Below are positions 47,725-57,810 of a stretch of DNA of 64,000 bases, one piece after another (the first letter of the stretch is position 1; every line of letters starts with the position of its first letter). Source of the stretch: a virus; the UHGV virus genome UHGV-1376088. One strand, 5' to 3'. A program made the translations under genes and the position numbers. The notes below the pieces were generated by a model that made no database searches, was not told the DNA's origin, and saw nothing but the letters and a program-made list of their open reading frames with translations.

Positions 47725-48193
47725 TAGAGGCTCGGAAGAGCAGCGTATTATCTATAAGTACCTTTGTCAGCTTTACCCTACTTGCAATGTCATATACGAA
47801 GCCTGCCTTCCAGACGGGACGAGATATGACTGTTTCGTCAAAGAAATGGGAATAGTTATTGAGCTCGATGGAAAACAACATGTTGAATTTATTGAACATT
47901 TTCACAAAGATGCCAATGGGTTTAGATGGCAGCAGTTTAAGGATAAAAAGAAGGATAGAAAAGCAGAAGAGTCTGGAATTAAGCTTATCCGAATATTGCA
48001 ATCTGAATGCCCTAAAAGCAAGGAAGAGCTAAAGGCCATTATAGACTCTGTGCCTTATCCTGATATTGAATATGATTTTAACTCTATAATGAAGGAATCC
48101 GAAAAGCCGATACTAAAAAAGGCAAGAGAGATTAGGGCAAAGCGTTATAGAGAGCAAAAACAAAAAAGTGTGGTTGATCGCAATGCTACATAA
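47705..48193 (+). CDS. hypothetical protein, possible DUF559/Vsr-like endonuclease fold
   Basis: Y-E-A-C-L-P-D-G-T-R-Y-D-C-F-V through G-I-V-I-E-L-D-G-K-Q-H resembles restriction-endonuclease-like D...E-x-D/K cores. Weak. Confidence 0.25.
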   Translation: MAMSMDNRGSEEQRIIYKYLCQLYPTCNVIYEACLPDGTRYDCFVKEMGIVIELDGKQHVEFIEHFHKDANGFRWQQFKDKKKDRKAEESGIKLIRILQSECPKSKEELKAIIDSVPYPDIEYDFNSIMKESEKPILKKAREIRAKRYREQKQKSVVDRNAT

Positions 48194-49041
48194 AAATAAA
48201 AATAATTGCGACATTGGATTAAGCTCCACCAGTATTTTTGATTTAAAAGTATACTGCATGATAATTTTCCTTTAACCCGGGCCGACCAGGGAAGAGTCGG
48301 CAAACAGCTCTAGGGTTGTTATAAAGGCTAAACATTTTCTGGTAGAAAATGTGCGCAAGGCTAGCGCCTTGCCGGCGACGGCGCCGGGCCCAGGAGATCT
48401 GGTCCCGTTGCCACGGAAGCTTGCCTTCCGATCTTTGTCATCCGAGGATGAATATACTTAGATTTTAAATATACGCTTATGGTATATTTAATTAAATGCA
48501 TTTTAAAGTGCCTTTAAAATGAAGGGTCCCTGTGGCTTGTTGTCAGTGAAGAACTGGCAGAATGATTCTAGGTGTTCCTATCTTAGATGAATCGAGGTTC
48601 ATTAATAATAATCATATTATTTCTTCCAAATAATATGAGAAGACCTGTGGTCTTCTCTGATGAGCTGAGCTGCAGTATGCACCTCCGCTCAACGAAAGTT
48701 TACCTTTCGACCTTTAAATGGATTCAGGTTCATTAATATCAATTTGCATTATTTATGCTAAATAATGCTCCCGCAACCTAGACCGCTTCGCGATCTATGG
48801 CCGGTTGCGTCGGATTTATCCGGGAACATGCTTCCCGGCCTTTAAATACATTAAAGTTTCTGAGAGTCAAGGCTCGTTATATCAGTGGTCTTAAATTTAT
48901 TCTAAATTTAAGAATTAAGCAATTATTTTATCACCTCCTTCCCGGCGGCCGGAGGTGAACGGTCTAATTCTAGACCGTCCTTTACGAACTATAGTTCGTT
49001 TTAGATGTTCCTATTACAATAATTACAGAAGGAATAGTAGT
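48194..49041. promoter_or_regulatory. about 850-bp noncoding region densely packed with perfect hairpins and repeated CTTTAAAT / AGGTTCATTAATA motifs
   Basis: At least 12 perfect 6-10 bp inverted repeats. Examples are gagaagacc-tgt-ggtcttctc, ccgggaa-catgc-ttcccgg, acggtcta-attc-tagaccgt and acgaacta/tagttcgt. Two 55-nt direct repeats each end in a 10-bp AT hairpin. No ORF with an RBS. Confidence 0.5.
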
Positions 49042-51066
49042 ATGACAGGCACAGTATTTGGGAATGAATTATTTCCCAAAACCTTATTCTTGGACCGCAG
49101 CCAGGGCGCTACGGTCCAGCGCTTTGATAATCCTAGATATAAAGTTATCTTGGATTTATTTACAATGCAGCTTGAGAAAATCTGGAGACCAGAAGAAATT
49201 GATATGACTAATGATAGAATCAATTTCCCTTTATTGACGAAAGCTGAAGAGCACATTGTTATTTCTAATATCAAGCGTCAAATTTTGTTAGACTCAATTA
49301 TGGGTAGGGCACCTACGGCTGTTTTTAATCCTGCAGTTGCAGACCCTAGTCTTGAATGTGTTATTCAGACATGGTCTTTATTTGAATGTTTGGCCGAAGG
49401 CACCGAGGTTCTTACTGATAAAGGATGGCTCGATATTAAAGATGTAACTATGGAAACTATGGTTGCACAATATCGTTCTACCAATCGAGGACTTTATTGG
49501 ACTCACCCTGAAAAAGTTCATGTTTACGATAAAGACGAAGAGCTTATTCGATTTAAATCTACTGATGGCTCTTTTGAGCAATTCGTGACAAGTGCCCATA
49601 GAATGCCATTTTTCAATGAGAACTTATTTGGCTTTGAAGAAGCAGAATTTTTTAATCCAAATGAATATATAAGAATCCCATTGACTGGTACTTCTTTTGA
49701 AGATGAAGAATTTAGTGACGAATTTGATCCTCTGACTTTAGCAAAAATTTGTGCAACAACCCTTGGTTATTATTTAAAAACTCAAGAAGGTATCCCTGAC
49801 GAAATTCATTTCTATGGAAGAAATAAATATGCGGCGAATTTGTTGTCAAATTTGGCACAGCCGACATATGTACTCGATGACCGTATTGAGTTTGAATTAG
49901 AAGGAACAATTGAAGATGTCTATCATAATCGCCTTACTGATATACTCCCTCTTTCTTCGATGACCTACTTGAAGGGCTATCAGCTTCTTGGTGTAATCAA
50001 GAATATGGTAGAAGCATCTGGAAGTAAAAATCTTTGGGTTGAACGGAAAGAAATCATTGATGATATCCAGGCATTGTTATTCATGGCCGGCATCCATTCC
50101 ACATACAAAGAAGAGGATGGCGGATATATCCTTCTTATTAGAGATGAAGATAGTATCTCTGGTGGTATTGTTGAAAAAACCCACGAGAAATATACTGGTA
50201 AAGTTTATTGCCTGACTGTCCCAACTGGTGCATTTGTTGTTCGATATAATGGTATTCCATCTGTAACGGGAAATTGTTTGCATTCATTCTCCTATACACA
50301 TATTATCCAACAGTCCTTTGTGAATCCAAAAGAGACATTGGATACTGTTATGGATATTCAAGAGATTGTCCAATGCAAGGATAGTATTTGTAAATATTAT
50401 GATGACGCTATTCAAAAGGTTCAAGATTATTATGAAGGTAGATGTGAGCGTATTGACGCTGTAAGATCCTTATGGCTTGCCTTACATACTGCAAATGCGT
50501 TGGAGTCTATTCGATTCCAGGTTTCCTTTGCATGTAGCTTTATCTTTGGACAAATGGGGAAATTGCCAGGACTTGCACGTATTATCAAGCTCATCAACAG
50601 GGACGAGAACATTCATGTTGCAATTACAAATAATCTTCTAAGCATTCTTCCTGTTGACGATATTGATTTTCTTATTGTGTCTGAAGAGGAAGATGTTAAG
50701 CGGGCCGTTGAAGGGATCTGGCGAGATGCTATTATGGAAGAACTCGACTGGTGTAAATACCTGTTTAAAGAGGGCGAGATCTTTGCATTTAATCAGTCTA
50801 TCCTTGAAGAGTATTTGCGCTATCTTGCTACATCAAGACTCAAAAAATATGGTCTGCCTCCATTAGAAGAATTATGTAATTTGCCTTCTGCTACTAAAAA
50901 TCCTATTCCTTGGGTTACTGCCTGGAATGGGGAAGAGAAAGAGCAGGTTGCTCCGCAAGAAGCGGAAAAAACAGATTATGAGCGCGGCATTATTGATAAA
51001 TCTCAAACAAACTATGGAGAGATTCTATCTGCGTTTAACAAATTTAGTGGGGAGAAAAGTCAATGA
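49042..51066 (+). CDS. nrdB: ribonucleotide reductase small subunit NrdB, interrupted by an intein
   Basis: True start is ATG 49042 after an aggaa RBS. The track start 48955 reads through the hairpins. Extein total is 379 aa with NrdB-like helices. Confidence 0.7.
   Translation: MTGTVFGNELFPKTLFLDRSQGATVQRFDNPRYKVILDLFTMQLEKIWRPEEIDMTNDRINFPLLTKAEEHIVISNIKRQILLDSIMGRAPTAVFNPAVADPSLECVIQTWSLFECLAEGTEVLTDKGWLDIKDVTMETMVAQYRSTNRGLYWTHPEKVHVYDKDEELIRFKSTDGSFEQFVTSAHRMPFFNENLFGFEEAEFFNPNEYIRIPLTGTSFEDEEFSDEFDPLTLAKICATTLGYYLKTQEGIPDEIHFYGRNKYAANLLSNLAQPTYVLDDRIEFELEGTIEDVYHNRLTDILPLSSMTYLKGYQLLGVIKNMVEASGSKNLWVERKEIIDDIQALLFMAGIHSTYKEEDGGYILLIRDEDSISGGIVEKTHEKYTGKVYCLTVPTGAFVVRYNGIPSVTGNCLHSFSYTHIIQQSFVNPKETLDTVMDIQEIVQCKDSICKYYDDAIQKVQDYYEGRCERIDAVRSLWLALHTANALESIRFQVSFACSFIFGQMGKLPGLARIIKLINRDENIHVAITNNLLSILPVDDIDFLIVSEEEDVKRAVEGIWRDAIMEELDWCKYLFKEGEIFAFNQSILEEYLRYLATSRLKKYGLPPLEELCNLPSATKNPIPWVTAWNGEEKEQVAPQEAEKTDYERGIIDKSQTNYGEILSAFNKFSGEKSQ
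49387..50274 (+). mobile_element. intein (296 aa) in NrdB
   Basis: Starts C-L-A-E-G-T-E-V-L-T-D-K-G-W. Block F/G V-Y-C-L-T-V-P-T-G-A-F-V-V-R-Y-N-G-I-P-S-V-T-G-N is followed by Cys. The penultimate His is replaced by Gly. A central region may hold a degenerate endonuclease. Confidence 0.6.
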
Positions 51067-51377
51067 AAATTTTGATTTATTCTAAATCCAATTGTCCACA
51101 ATGTACTCAAGCCACCTCTATTCTTGAGGGTCTTGGTACAAAATATATTGATAAGCACAAACGGTTTTATTTCGAAAAAACCTATGTCGACGCCGGCAAG
51201 GCTGAAATGGACGAAATGAAAAAACGATTTGAAGAAATGGGAAAACCAGAACCTCGTTCTGTCCCGCAAATCTTCATTGATCGTGACGATACAGGTTCTT
51301 ATGAACATGTTGAGTTTAAAGATCTTCGTGCTAAAATTATGGAACTGATCAAACATTTAAATCAACAGGACGCATAA
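51063..51377 (+). CDS. nrdH: NrdH-like glutaredoxin/thioredoxin-fold redoxin
   Basis: M-K-I-L-I-Y-S-K-S-N-C-P-Q-C active site. Lies between nrdB and nrdA. Confidence 0.6.
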   Translation: MKILIYSKSNCPQCTQATSILEGLGTKYIDKHKRFYFEKTYVDAGKAEMDEMKKRFEEMGKPEPRSVPQIFIDRDDTGSYEHVEFKDLRAKIMELIKHLNQQDA

Positions 51378-51378
51378 T

Positions 51379-53709
51379 ATGAGTTTCAACGTTACTAAAC
51401 GTAATGGTGACGTTGTCTCTTATAATCCTGAACGTATTAATTCTTTTCTTGGATTTGTATGTGAAGGGTTGGATAACGTTTCTGTTTCTGAGATTGCTGT
51501 TAATAGCAATATTATGTTTTATGACGGCATCACAACTGAAGAGATCAATGGGGCATTATTGACCAGTGCTAATAATTTGATTGATGAAGAGCATCCTGAT
51601 TACGCTATTGTGGCCGGCCGTATTCTTCTTTGTAATATGCGTAAATATGTTTATGGTGATTTCGAACCCAAACATTTACTTGATATAATCAAAAAGAATA
51701 CAGAGCTCGGAGTGTATGACAAGATTATTCTTGAAAAATACTCTGAGGATGAAATAGAGTGGCTAAATAAACAAATCGATCACAATAGAGATATGATGTA
51801 TTCTATCTCGGGCGCGGTCGAATGGGAAGCTAAATATCTGGCCAAGAATGCTAAAACCAAAGAGTATTACGAAACCCCACAGATTTCGTATATGGTTGCA
51901 GCTATGATGTACTTTATCAATGATGGTGGCGATGCCTATACCGATCGTCTGAGTTTTGTTAAAGAGCATTATGACAACATGTCTCTTGGTCGTGTTAATG
52001 TCCCTACTCCTCATATTGCCAATTTAAGAAAACCTACTCGTAGTTTTAGCTCTTGTGTATTAATTGAGTCCGATGATTCTATTGATTCTATTGGTGAAGC
52101 TGCAACTGCTGCTCGTAAATATGCAACACTGGGCGCCGGCCTTGGTATTGGTTCATCCAAGCTAAGAGAGCGCAATGCAGCAATCAGAAATGGTGCTGCT
52201 GTAAATAGTGGGGCACTTTATCATGCTAAATCCATTGAGTATAGCGCGTTGTCATGCAGTCAGGGCGGAATTCGCAAGGGCTCATTGACGTTTAACTGGT
52301 GGGGATTGCATCCAGACATTGAAGAAATTCTTCTTTATAAAAACAATATGAAGAAGGATTCTGAGTCTATGAAGCACTCTGACCATTCTATTTTCTTGAA
52401 CGGCTTTATATTGAAAGCAGCAGCAGAGAATAGAGATATTGGCTTATTCTCTCCACACATCTCTAAAGAGGTTTATGATGCTTTTTATTCTAGTCATTCT
52501 GATTCTTATTTTTGTGATGCTTACACCAGAGCAATAAATAAGGGTGAATCTGTAGGTACTATTAATGCTAGACATTTGATGGACCTATTGGTGGAAGAAA
52601 GATTTGGGACTGGTCGTGTTTATGTAGGGTTTGCGGATAATATTAACCGTCATTCTATGTATAATACAGATAAATATCCTGTTAAGCAGAGCAACCTCTG
52701 CCAAGAAATTGTTCTTCCAACTCAAGGACTTACCCGCATTTATGACCCTGTAAGTAAAACATATAAACAGGAAGGCTTAATTGCCTTATGTAATTTGAGC
52801 GGTATTAATTTTGGCGCTTTTGATAAGCCCGAAGATTTAAAGCGTGTAGCCTATGTAACTATGCGTGCTGTTGATAATTTATTGGATTTCCAAGAGCATC
52901 CTTTCCCGGCTGCCGAGGAGCACAATAGATTGTTTAGGCCTATTGGTATCGGTATTACTGGTCTAGCCTATTGGATGGCTAAGAATGATAAGAAATATTC
53001 CAATTGCTATGAACTATTAGATGAATGGATGCAGCATTTTTCTCATGCTGTTATTAGTGCTTCTGTTGCTCTTGCTGAGGAACGTGGTGCTTGTGATGCA
53101 TTCAAAGATACTAGATGGGCGGAAGGTAAACTTCCAAAAGATATGACTACGCCAATGTATGACTCTTTATTTGATTATGAAGAGAAATTAGATTGGACAA
53201 GTCTCCGTGCTAGAATTGCTAAGCATGGTGTTAGAAATGCTTCTATGATGGCTATGTTCCCTGCTGAGACTAGTGCTAAAATCTCTGGTTCTGGTACTAC
53301 TAATGGTATTGAACCAATACGGGAATTGATCATTTCTAAGGGCGGCAAGAATAGACAGGCTAAATTTGTAGTTCCTGAATTGGCCCGTCTTAAAGATAAA
53401 TATGACCGCATCTGGGATCATACGTCTAATGAAGCACTAATTAAAACTTATGCTATTATTCAGAGATATACCGATCAGGCTATTTCTGTTAATACATATT
53501 ACAATAAACAAAATTATCCTAATAATAAAGTTCCCGCGTCCGTTGTGTCTTGGGATATTTATCTCCACTATCTATTGGGAGGTAAGACCATGTACTATAA
53601 TAATAACTATGATGGTCAATCTTCTGAGATAATGGAAGGAAATACTGTTGAAATTCAGGATGATTCTAATATAGATGATGAAGACGATTGTGTAGCGTGT
53701 AAACTATAA
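51379..53709 (+). CDS. nrdA: ribonucleotide reductase large subunit NrdA (class Ia)
   Basis: 776 aa. N-terminal ATP-cone V-T-K-R-N-G-D-V-V-S-Y-N-P-E-R-I. Catalytic-region motifs N-L-C-Q-E-I and A-L-C-N-L-S. C-terminal Cys pair C-V-A-C-K. Confidence 0.8.
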   Translation: MSFNVTKRNGDVVSYNPERINSFLGFVCEGLDNVSVSEIAVNSNIMFYDGITTEEINGALLTSANNLIDEEHPDYAIVAGRILLCNMRKYVYGDFEPKHLLDIIKKNTELGVYDKIILEKYSEDEIEWLNKQIDHNRDMMYSISGAVEWEAKYLAKNAKTKEYYETPQISYMVAAMMYFINDGGDAYTDRLSFVKEHYDNMSLGRVNVPTPHIANLRKPTRSFSSCVLIESDDSIDSIGEAATAARKYATLGAGLGIGSSKLRERNAAIRNGAAVNSGALYHAKSIEYSALSCSQGGIRKGSLTFNWWGLHPDIEEILLYKNNMKKDSESMKHSDHSIFLNGFILKAAAENRDIGLFSPHISKEVYDAFYSSHSDSYFCDAYTRAINKGESVGTINARHLMDLLVEERFGTGRVYVGFADNINRHSMYNTDKYPVKQSNLCQEIVLPTQGLTRIYDPVSKTYKQEGLIALCNLSGINFGAFDKPEDLKRVAYVTMRAVDNLLDFQEHPFPAAEEHNRLFRPIGIGITGLAYWMAKNDKKYSNCYELLDEWMQHFSHAVISASVALAEERGACDAFKDTRWAEGKLPKDMTTPMYDSLFDYEEKLDWTSLRARIAKHGVRNASMMAMFPAETSAKISGSGTTNGIEPIRELIISKGGKNRQAKFVVPELARLKDKYDRIWDHTSNEALIKTYAIIQRYTDQAISVNTYYNKQNYPNNKVPASVVSWDIYLHYLLGGKTMYYNNNYDGQSSEIMEGNTVEIQDDSNIDDEDDCVACKL

Positions 53710-54083
53710 TGATTCGTAATATTTCGGAAGGCGATATCGCCAAAATCCTAGCAGCGCATCGTGCTGCTGAAAGAAGTAAAGCTATTGATGGACTGGGCTA
53801 TTTGCGTTCGGTCAAAGATGATGAACCAGTAGAGATTATTCCAACTCAGGTTTTTAAAGACGTAGAGTGTTCCTCTGGTAATGACAATGAGCAAAAAGAT
53901 TTTGAAAACTTTTTAAAACTCATTGGTGCAATTACCTTGGCAGGTATTCTCGATGAGGCGGAAAATAAAAATAAAGGGCCAGACATTTCTGTTTTGGAAC
54001 TTCATCAGGCGAAACTTGATGCTTATGAATCTAAGCGCAAGGCTTCTGAATTAATTCAATTGCTAAACGGTCTTATCGGATAG
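53709..54083 (+). CDS. hypothetical protein
   Basis: 124 aa. Confidence 0.3.
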   Translation: MIRNISEGDIAKILAAHRAAERSKAIDGLGYLRSVKDDEPVEIIPTQVFKDVECSSGNDNEQKDFENFLKLIGAITLAGILDEAENKNKGPDISVLELHQAKLDAYESKRKASELIQLLNGLIG

Positions 54084-54106
54084 ATAGTTTTTATACGGCT
54101 ACATTA

Positions 54107-54313
54107 TTGCTAAGGGTTAACATGCTAGTAAGATGCAAATATAAAATAGAAGAAGGGGAAATACCTCCTTTGGATCATTGCGCTGCTATGTTTAATGAAG
54201 AACAACAAGATGCAATACGTTCTGCTTTCGGAACTATTAATGTAGATATCGAAGTAGATGACACATGGGGATTCTGCAAGATTGTAGCCGTAGAAGGACA
54301 CCCTATTAAATAA
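54107..54313 (+). CDS. hypothetical small protein
   Basis: 68 aa. Confidence 0.25.
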   Translation: MLRVNMLVRCKYKIEEGEIPPLDHCAAMFNEEQQDAIRSAFGTINVDIEVDDTWGFCKIVAVEGHPIK

Positions 54314-54322
54314 GGACAAATA

Positions 54323-54748
54323 ATGGATAAAAAAGAATTACTGAAAAATTTGTCAAAAGAAGCAGATGGCGATATTGTCTTCAGAACCGAGGCCCTAAAA
54401 GTTATTTTAAATGATCCAAAGCGCCTTAACTCTGATGCCATTGAAACTTTGAAACATATGATTCGTTCTAATGGTATTCAGTTTAGCAGGCCAGAGGTTA
54501 TGAACGATAACCGAGTAGCGCTTCGTGAACTTAATGCATATATTGCTGAAAGAATTGGGTACTGCTATATTTTTGAACCCAATCAGTCCGACCATCGTGT
54601 CTATGATTCTGTTGTCCAATTCTGTAATTTGATAACAGAAGAAAATTTTCAGAATTTGCAATTTTATGCTATGGCAAATTTTCGTATACAACTTATTGAC
54701 ATTTTCGACTTGAAAGAAAAAATTTCTGCCAAGTTGGATAAGGTATAA
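54323..54748 (+). CDS. hypothetical protein
   Basis: 141 aa. Confidence 0.3.
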   Translation: MDKKELLKNLSKEADGDIVFRTEALKVILNDPKRLNSDAIETLKHMIRSNGIQFSRPEVMNDNRVALRELNAYIAERIGYCYIFEPNQSDHRVYDSVVQFCNLITEENFQNLQFYAMANFRIQLIDIFDLKEKISAKLDKV

Positions 54749-54753
54749 TAATA

Positions 54754-55317
54754 ATGAAGAGACCGTTTTTATTGGGCTTCGCAGGTAAAGCCCACAGTGG
54801 TAAAGATTTTTCAGCTGACTATATTGTTCAAAACTATCCCAATCTAAAAATCGCAAAGGTGGCTTTTGCAGATGCGGTCAGAGATATGGTTAGACCCATT
54901 TTTGATGTTGATGATATTTATCGTCGTGGCAGCAAAGAAGACCCAATAGACGGTTTTGGAGTTTCTTTAAGAGAGATTCTTCAAAGCCTAGGTACAGATT
55001 GGGGCAGAAATATGATTTCTGAAGACATCTGGGTTAAAGTTCTAGACAAAAGAATATCAGAACGTTATTCTGATTTTGATATTGTTATTGTTTCTGATAT
55101 TAGATTTAGCAATGAACGAGACTATATTATTGATAATGGTGGTCTTGTTATAAATATTTTAAGCTCTAGTGATAAGCATAAAAAATCTAAGTTCTCAGAA
55201 CATATGTCGGAATGGGGAATCGAGGATACTCCTGGAGTTATCGATTTAGAAAATGATTTTTCTGATCGCTATCTATCTTCTCTTAAAGAAATTTTTGATT
55301 CTATGGTATCTGTATGA
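54754..55317 (+). CDS. deoxynucleoside monophosphate kinase (T4 gp1-like)
   Basis: L-L-G-F-A-G-K-A-H-S-G-K-D-F-S-A-D-Y-I matches T4 gp1 I-F-L-S-G-V-K-R-S-G-K-D-T-T-A-D-F-I. L-Q-S-L-G-T-D-W-G-R matches gp1 M-Q-A-L-G-T-D-L. Confidence 0.65.
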   Translation: MKRPFLLGFAGKAHSGKDFSADYIVQNYPNLKIAKVAFADAVRDMVRPIFDVDDIYRRGSKEDPIDGFGVSLREILQSLGTDWGRNMISEDIWVKVLDKRISERYSDFDIVIVSDIRFSNERDYIIDNGGLVINILSSSDKHKKSKFSEHMSEWGIEDTPGVIDLENDFSDRYLSSLKEIFDSMVSV

Positions 55318-55565
55318 ACGCAGTTTATATAGACGCCGAAGATGGCGCCTTTTTCGATACAATAGAAGAGGCACTTTTGAGTTGTTGCCACATCTGTGGA
55401 ACTCCTCTTGAATGGGATTTGAAGTTGGCCTGGAATGATTCTGCAGATTTGAATTTCATAACTGGTTATGATAGATGCTGTGGATACGAATTTCGCATTG
55501 AGCCCGTCCTCTCAGCCCAAACTGATTTAGAAGGTTATAGGATTCGCCTTTCAAAATTGGCATAG
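55314..55565 (+). CDS. small Cys-rich (zinc-ribbon-like) protein
   Basis: 83 aa with C-C-H-I-C-G and C-C-G-Y pairs. Confidence 0.3.
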   Translation: MNAVYIDAEDGAFFDTIEEALLSCCHICGTPLEWDLKLAWNDSADLNFITGYDRCCGYEFRIEPVLSAQTDLEGYRIRLSKLA

Positions 55566-55767
55566 AAAGATATAAGTAAAGCAATCCTTGGTAATATTTT
55601 ATGTTGTCACTCTCTAAGTTTCTTGGAATCTTAGCATTCCAAAGTATGCTTATTTTGGCCAAAAGAATTGTCAACTTTGCATTGGATTTACTTACTCGTA
55701 AAGAGAAAACCTTTCAACGCAATTATGGCAAAAATCCTATGGGGTCATTACTTAGTTTTATGAAATT

Positions 55768-56493
55768 ATGAGCAATGTAGCGATTAATAGTACATATGAT
55801 GGTCAGATCCCATATATTACTGATTGGTCTGCATATTATAGAGCTCAGCGTCAATTTGAAAATAAAAGACGGAAGCGCCATAAGACTAGAATAGCCAGGA
55901 TTAAAAAGGGCCTAGATAAGCCCATTGGAGATGAACTGGTTTTTAAGTCCTCATTAATTAATGAGCTGTCTGATTTTACAGAAGAAGAATTAAAGATGGG
56001 GCTTAAAAATAGTCTGAAGATCAATCGAATGATGTCGAGACTGACAAGATCATATCTTGTTTTCGATAAGGTCTTCAAAAAAGAATGGAAAGGCTCTTAT
56101 AAATTAATAAGGGATGACATTCTATTTAGATTTGAATTAAGGATACATTTTAAATTAAACGCCAAATATTGGTCTATACTTGAAGACAATTGGCCTTTAC
56201 TTTGGAATAATGCCTTAAACAAATTTATGACTTGGTCTTTACCAAAGTACAACCATGATGCAAAATTTAAATTCAGCACATTCTTTATCAATCAATTTCC
56301 AGATTGTTTAGAATATGAATTTAGAGATTTTCTTAGAAGAGGGCCAGTGTATGACTCTCTTATATGGAGGCAGGAAACCATAGGCTTCGATGATGTGCCA
56401 GATGTGATATCATATGGAATAGATGACTGCATGTATGATCCGGCTTTGCCGCTTGCTGCAGAATTTATTAATAAATTTCACATTTGGGATTAA
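55768..56493 (+). CDS. hypothetical protein
   Basis: 241 aa. Confidence 0.3.
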   Translation: MSNVAINSTYDGQIPYITDWSAYYRAQRQFENKRRKRHKTRIARIKKGLDKPIGDELVFKSSLINELSDFTEEELKMGLKNSLKINRMMSRLTRSYLVFDKVFKKEWKGSYKLIRDDILFRFELRIHFKLNAKYWSILEDNWPLLWNNALNKFMTWSLPKYNHDAKFKFSTFFINQFPDCLEYEFRDFLRRGPVYDSLIWRQETIGFDDVPDVISYGIDDCMYDPALPLAAEFINKFHIWD

Positions 56494-56520
56494 TTCCCTT
56501 ACATTATAAGGAAAAAGTCT

Positions 56521-57237
56521 ATGAATATTTTTGATATTATTGGGGGACTACTGAATCAAGGTAGCAATAAAGCCCCCGAAGTTAAAGTTCCATACAGATT
56601 GGAAGAAGATTCCTTTGAAGAAGTAAATAATGAGGTGCCTTTAAACGCTCAAAATCCTATCAAGGAGAGCGTTACTCTTGCTCCTGAACCAATCCCTCCA
56701 GTAGGTGTTAAAACTCAATCTGAGAGCGGATATAAGCCATTGCCGGGCGGTTTCAAATGTCAGCCATTGAAGCATGGGTTAAATGTTCTAAGAACTGCGA
56801 AATTGTCCTCTGTTCGGTCGGCTGGATTTGGTATGGTTCGCAATGGAGGAACAAGACCTCATCAGGGCGTGGATTTAGCTGTGCCTAATAATTATCGTTG
56901 TTATGCGGTTGATGATGGCATAGTTTCATTTGTAAAAACTTCTGATGATAATGGCTACGGAAGAATGCTTATCATTAAACTTGATGGTGGCTTATTTGTA
57001 GCTTATGCCCATCTTAAAGACATTCTTGTAAAGGAAGGTCAAAGAGTTAAGGCTGGAGACGTTGTGGCGTTAACTGGTTCTTCTGGCAATGCTAGAACAA
57101 TGCGAGATATGCCGGGCGGCTCCCATTTGCATTTTGAAGTTAGAACTTCTCAACACCCTGGCAAAGGCCTTGCCGGCCGTATTGACCCTTTAAAATACTT
57201 TACTCCTGATACCTATAATAAATCTTTGTATCAATAA
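56521..57237 (+). CDS. M23 (LytM-like) peptidase, endolysin candidate
   Basis: R-P-H-Q-G-V-D-L-A is the H-x-x-x-D motif. G-S-H-L-H-F-E-V is the H-x-H motif. The N-terminal about 100 aa may be a linker or binding region. Confidence 0.6.
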   Translation: MNIFDIIGGLLNQGSNKAPEVKVPYRLEEDSFEEVNNEVPLNAQNPIKESVTLAPEPIPPVGVKTQSESGYKPLPGGFKCQPLKHGLNVLRTAKLSSVRSAGFGMVRNGGTRPHQGVDLAVPNNYRCYAVDDGIVSFVKTSDDNGYGRMLIIKLDGGLFVAYAHLKDILVKEGQRVKAGDVVALTGSSGNARTMRDMPGGSHLHFEVRTSQHPGKGLAGRIDPLKYFTPDTYNKSLYQ

Positions 57238-57243
57238 AAATAA

Positions 57244-57277
57244 CCCCGACACCTAACCGGTGCCGGGGTTTGTTTTT
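57244..57277. terminator. bidirectional terminator between convergent + and - blocks
   Basis: ccccgacacc-taacc-ggtgccgggg hairpin flanked by T-runs on both strands. Confidence 0.6.
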
Positions 57278-57279
57278 GC

Positions 57280-57807
57280 CTAATCATTAAGTAGATTTTC
57301 TACCTGTTTTACAACAGTAGGGGACAGGTCAAAAGTTCCGGATTTATCTTTTGATTTTTCGGAACCTTTAGTCTCTTGACGTAACTTAATATCTTTTACA
57401 ATTAGAGATAGAGACTCTTTAACTGGATACACTGCTGCATCCAGTTCTGAATATCCAACCTTGTCATATAAAAGCTTTTCTAAGTTATTCTGTCTTTCTA
57501 TGATATTGGTTAATATAACTATGATATCTTTTAAGGATGAGGATTTTATTCTCTCACCAAACACTGCCCGTTCTACTTTCTGCAAAGCTTCTAGGTCTGG
57601 AACTTCATATTCTAGATCCAATTTGAAGCCTACTGGTAACTCAGGTGTAATCATTACAAGGACGGTGCCCGAATTTGAATCCAAGCTACCGTCTACTTCT
57701 TGTACTTGATAGATATCATTAGTAGATCTAACTGACCCGCGTTTTGCTTTTGCAGGTATCTCATAGACAGATTCGCCAGTACCTGTGATGGTAATGGTTT
57801 CTATCAT
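57280..57807 (-). CDS. hypothetical protein (first gene of - strand block)
   Basis: 175 aa. Confidence 0.3.
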   Translation of the reverse strand: MIETITITGTGESVYEIPAKAKRGSVRSTNDIYQVQEVDGSLDSNSGTVLVMITPELPVGFKLDLEYEVPDLEALQKVERAVFGERIKSSSLKDIIVILTNIIERQNNLEKLLYDKVGYSELDAAVYPVKESLSLIVKDIKLRQETKGSEKSKDKSGTFDLSPTVVKQVENLLND

Positions 57808-57810
57808 GGA

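Noticed and set aside
48955-49041. N-terminal 29-aa extension of the nrdB ORF in the six-frame track
   Set aside because: It reads through a series of perfect hairpins with no RBS. The ATG at 49042 has an aggaa RBS and gives a normal-length NrdB extein, so the extension is spurious.
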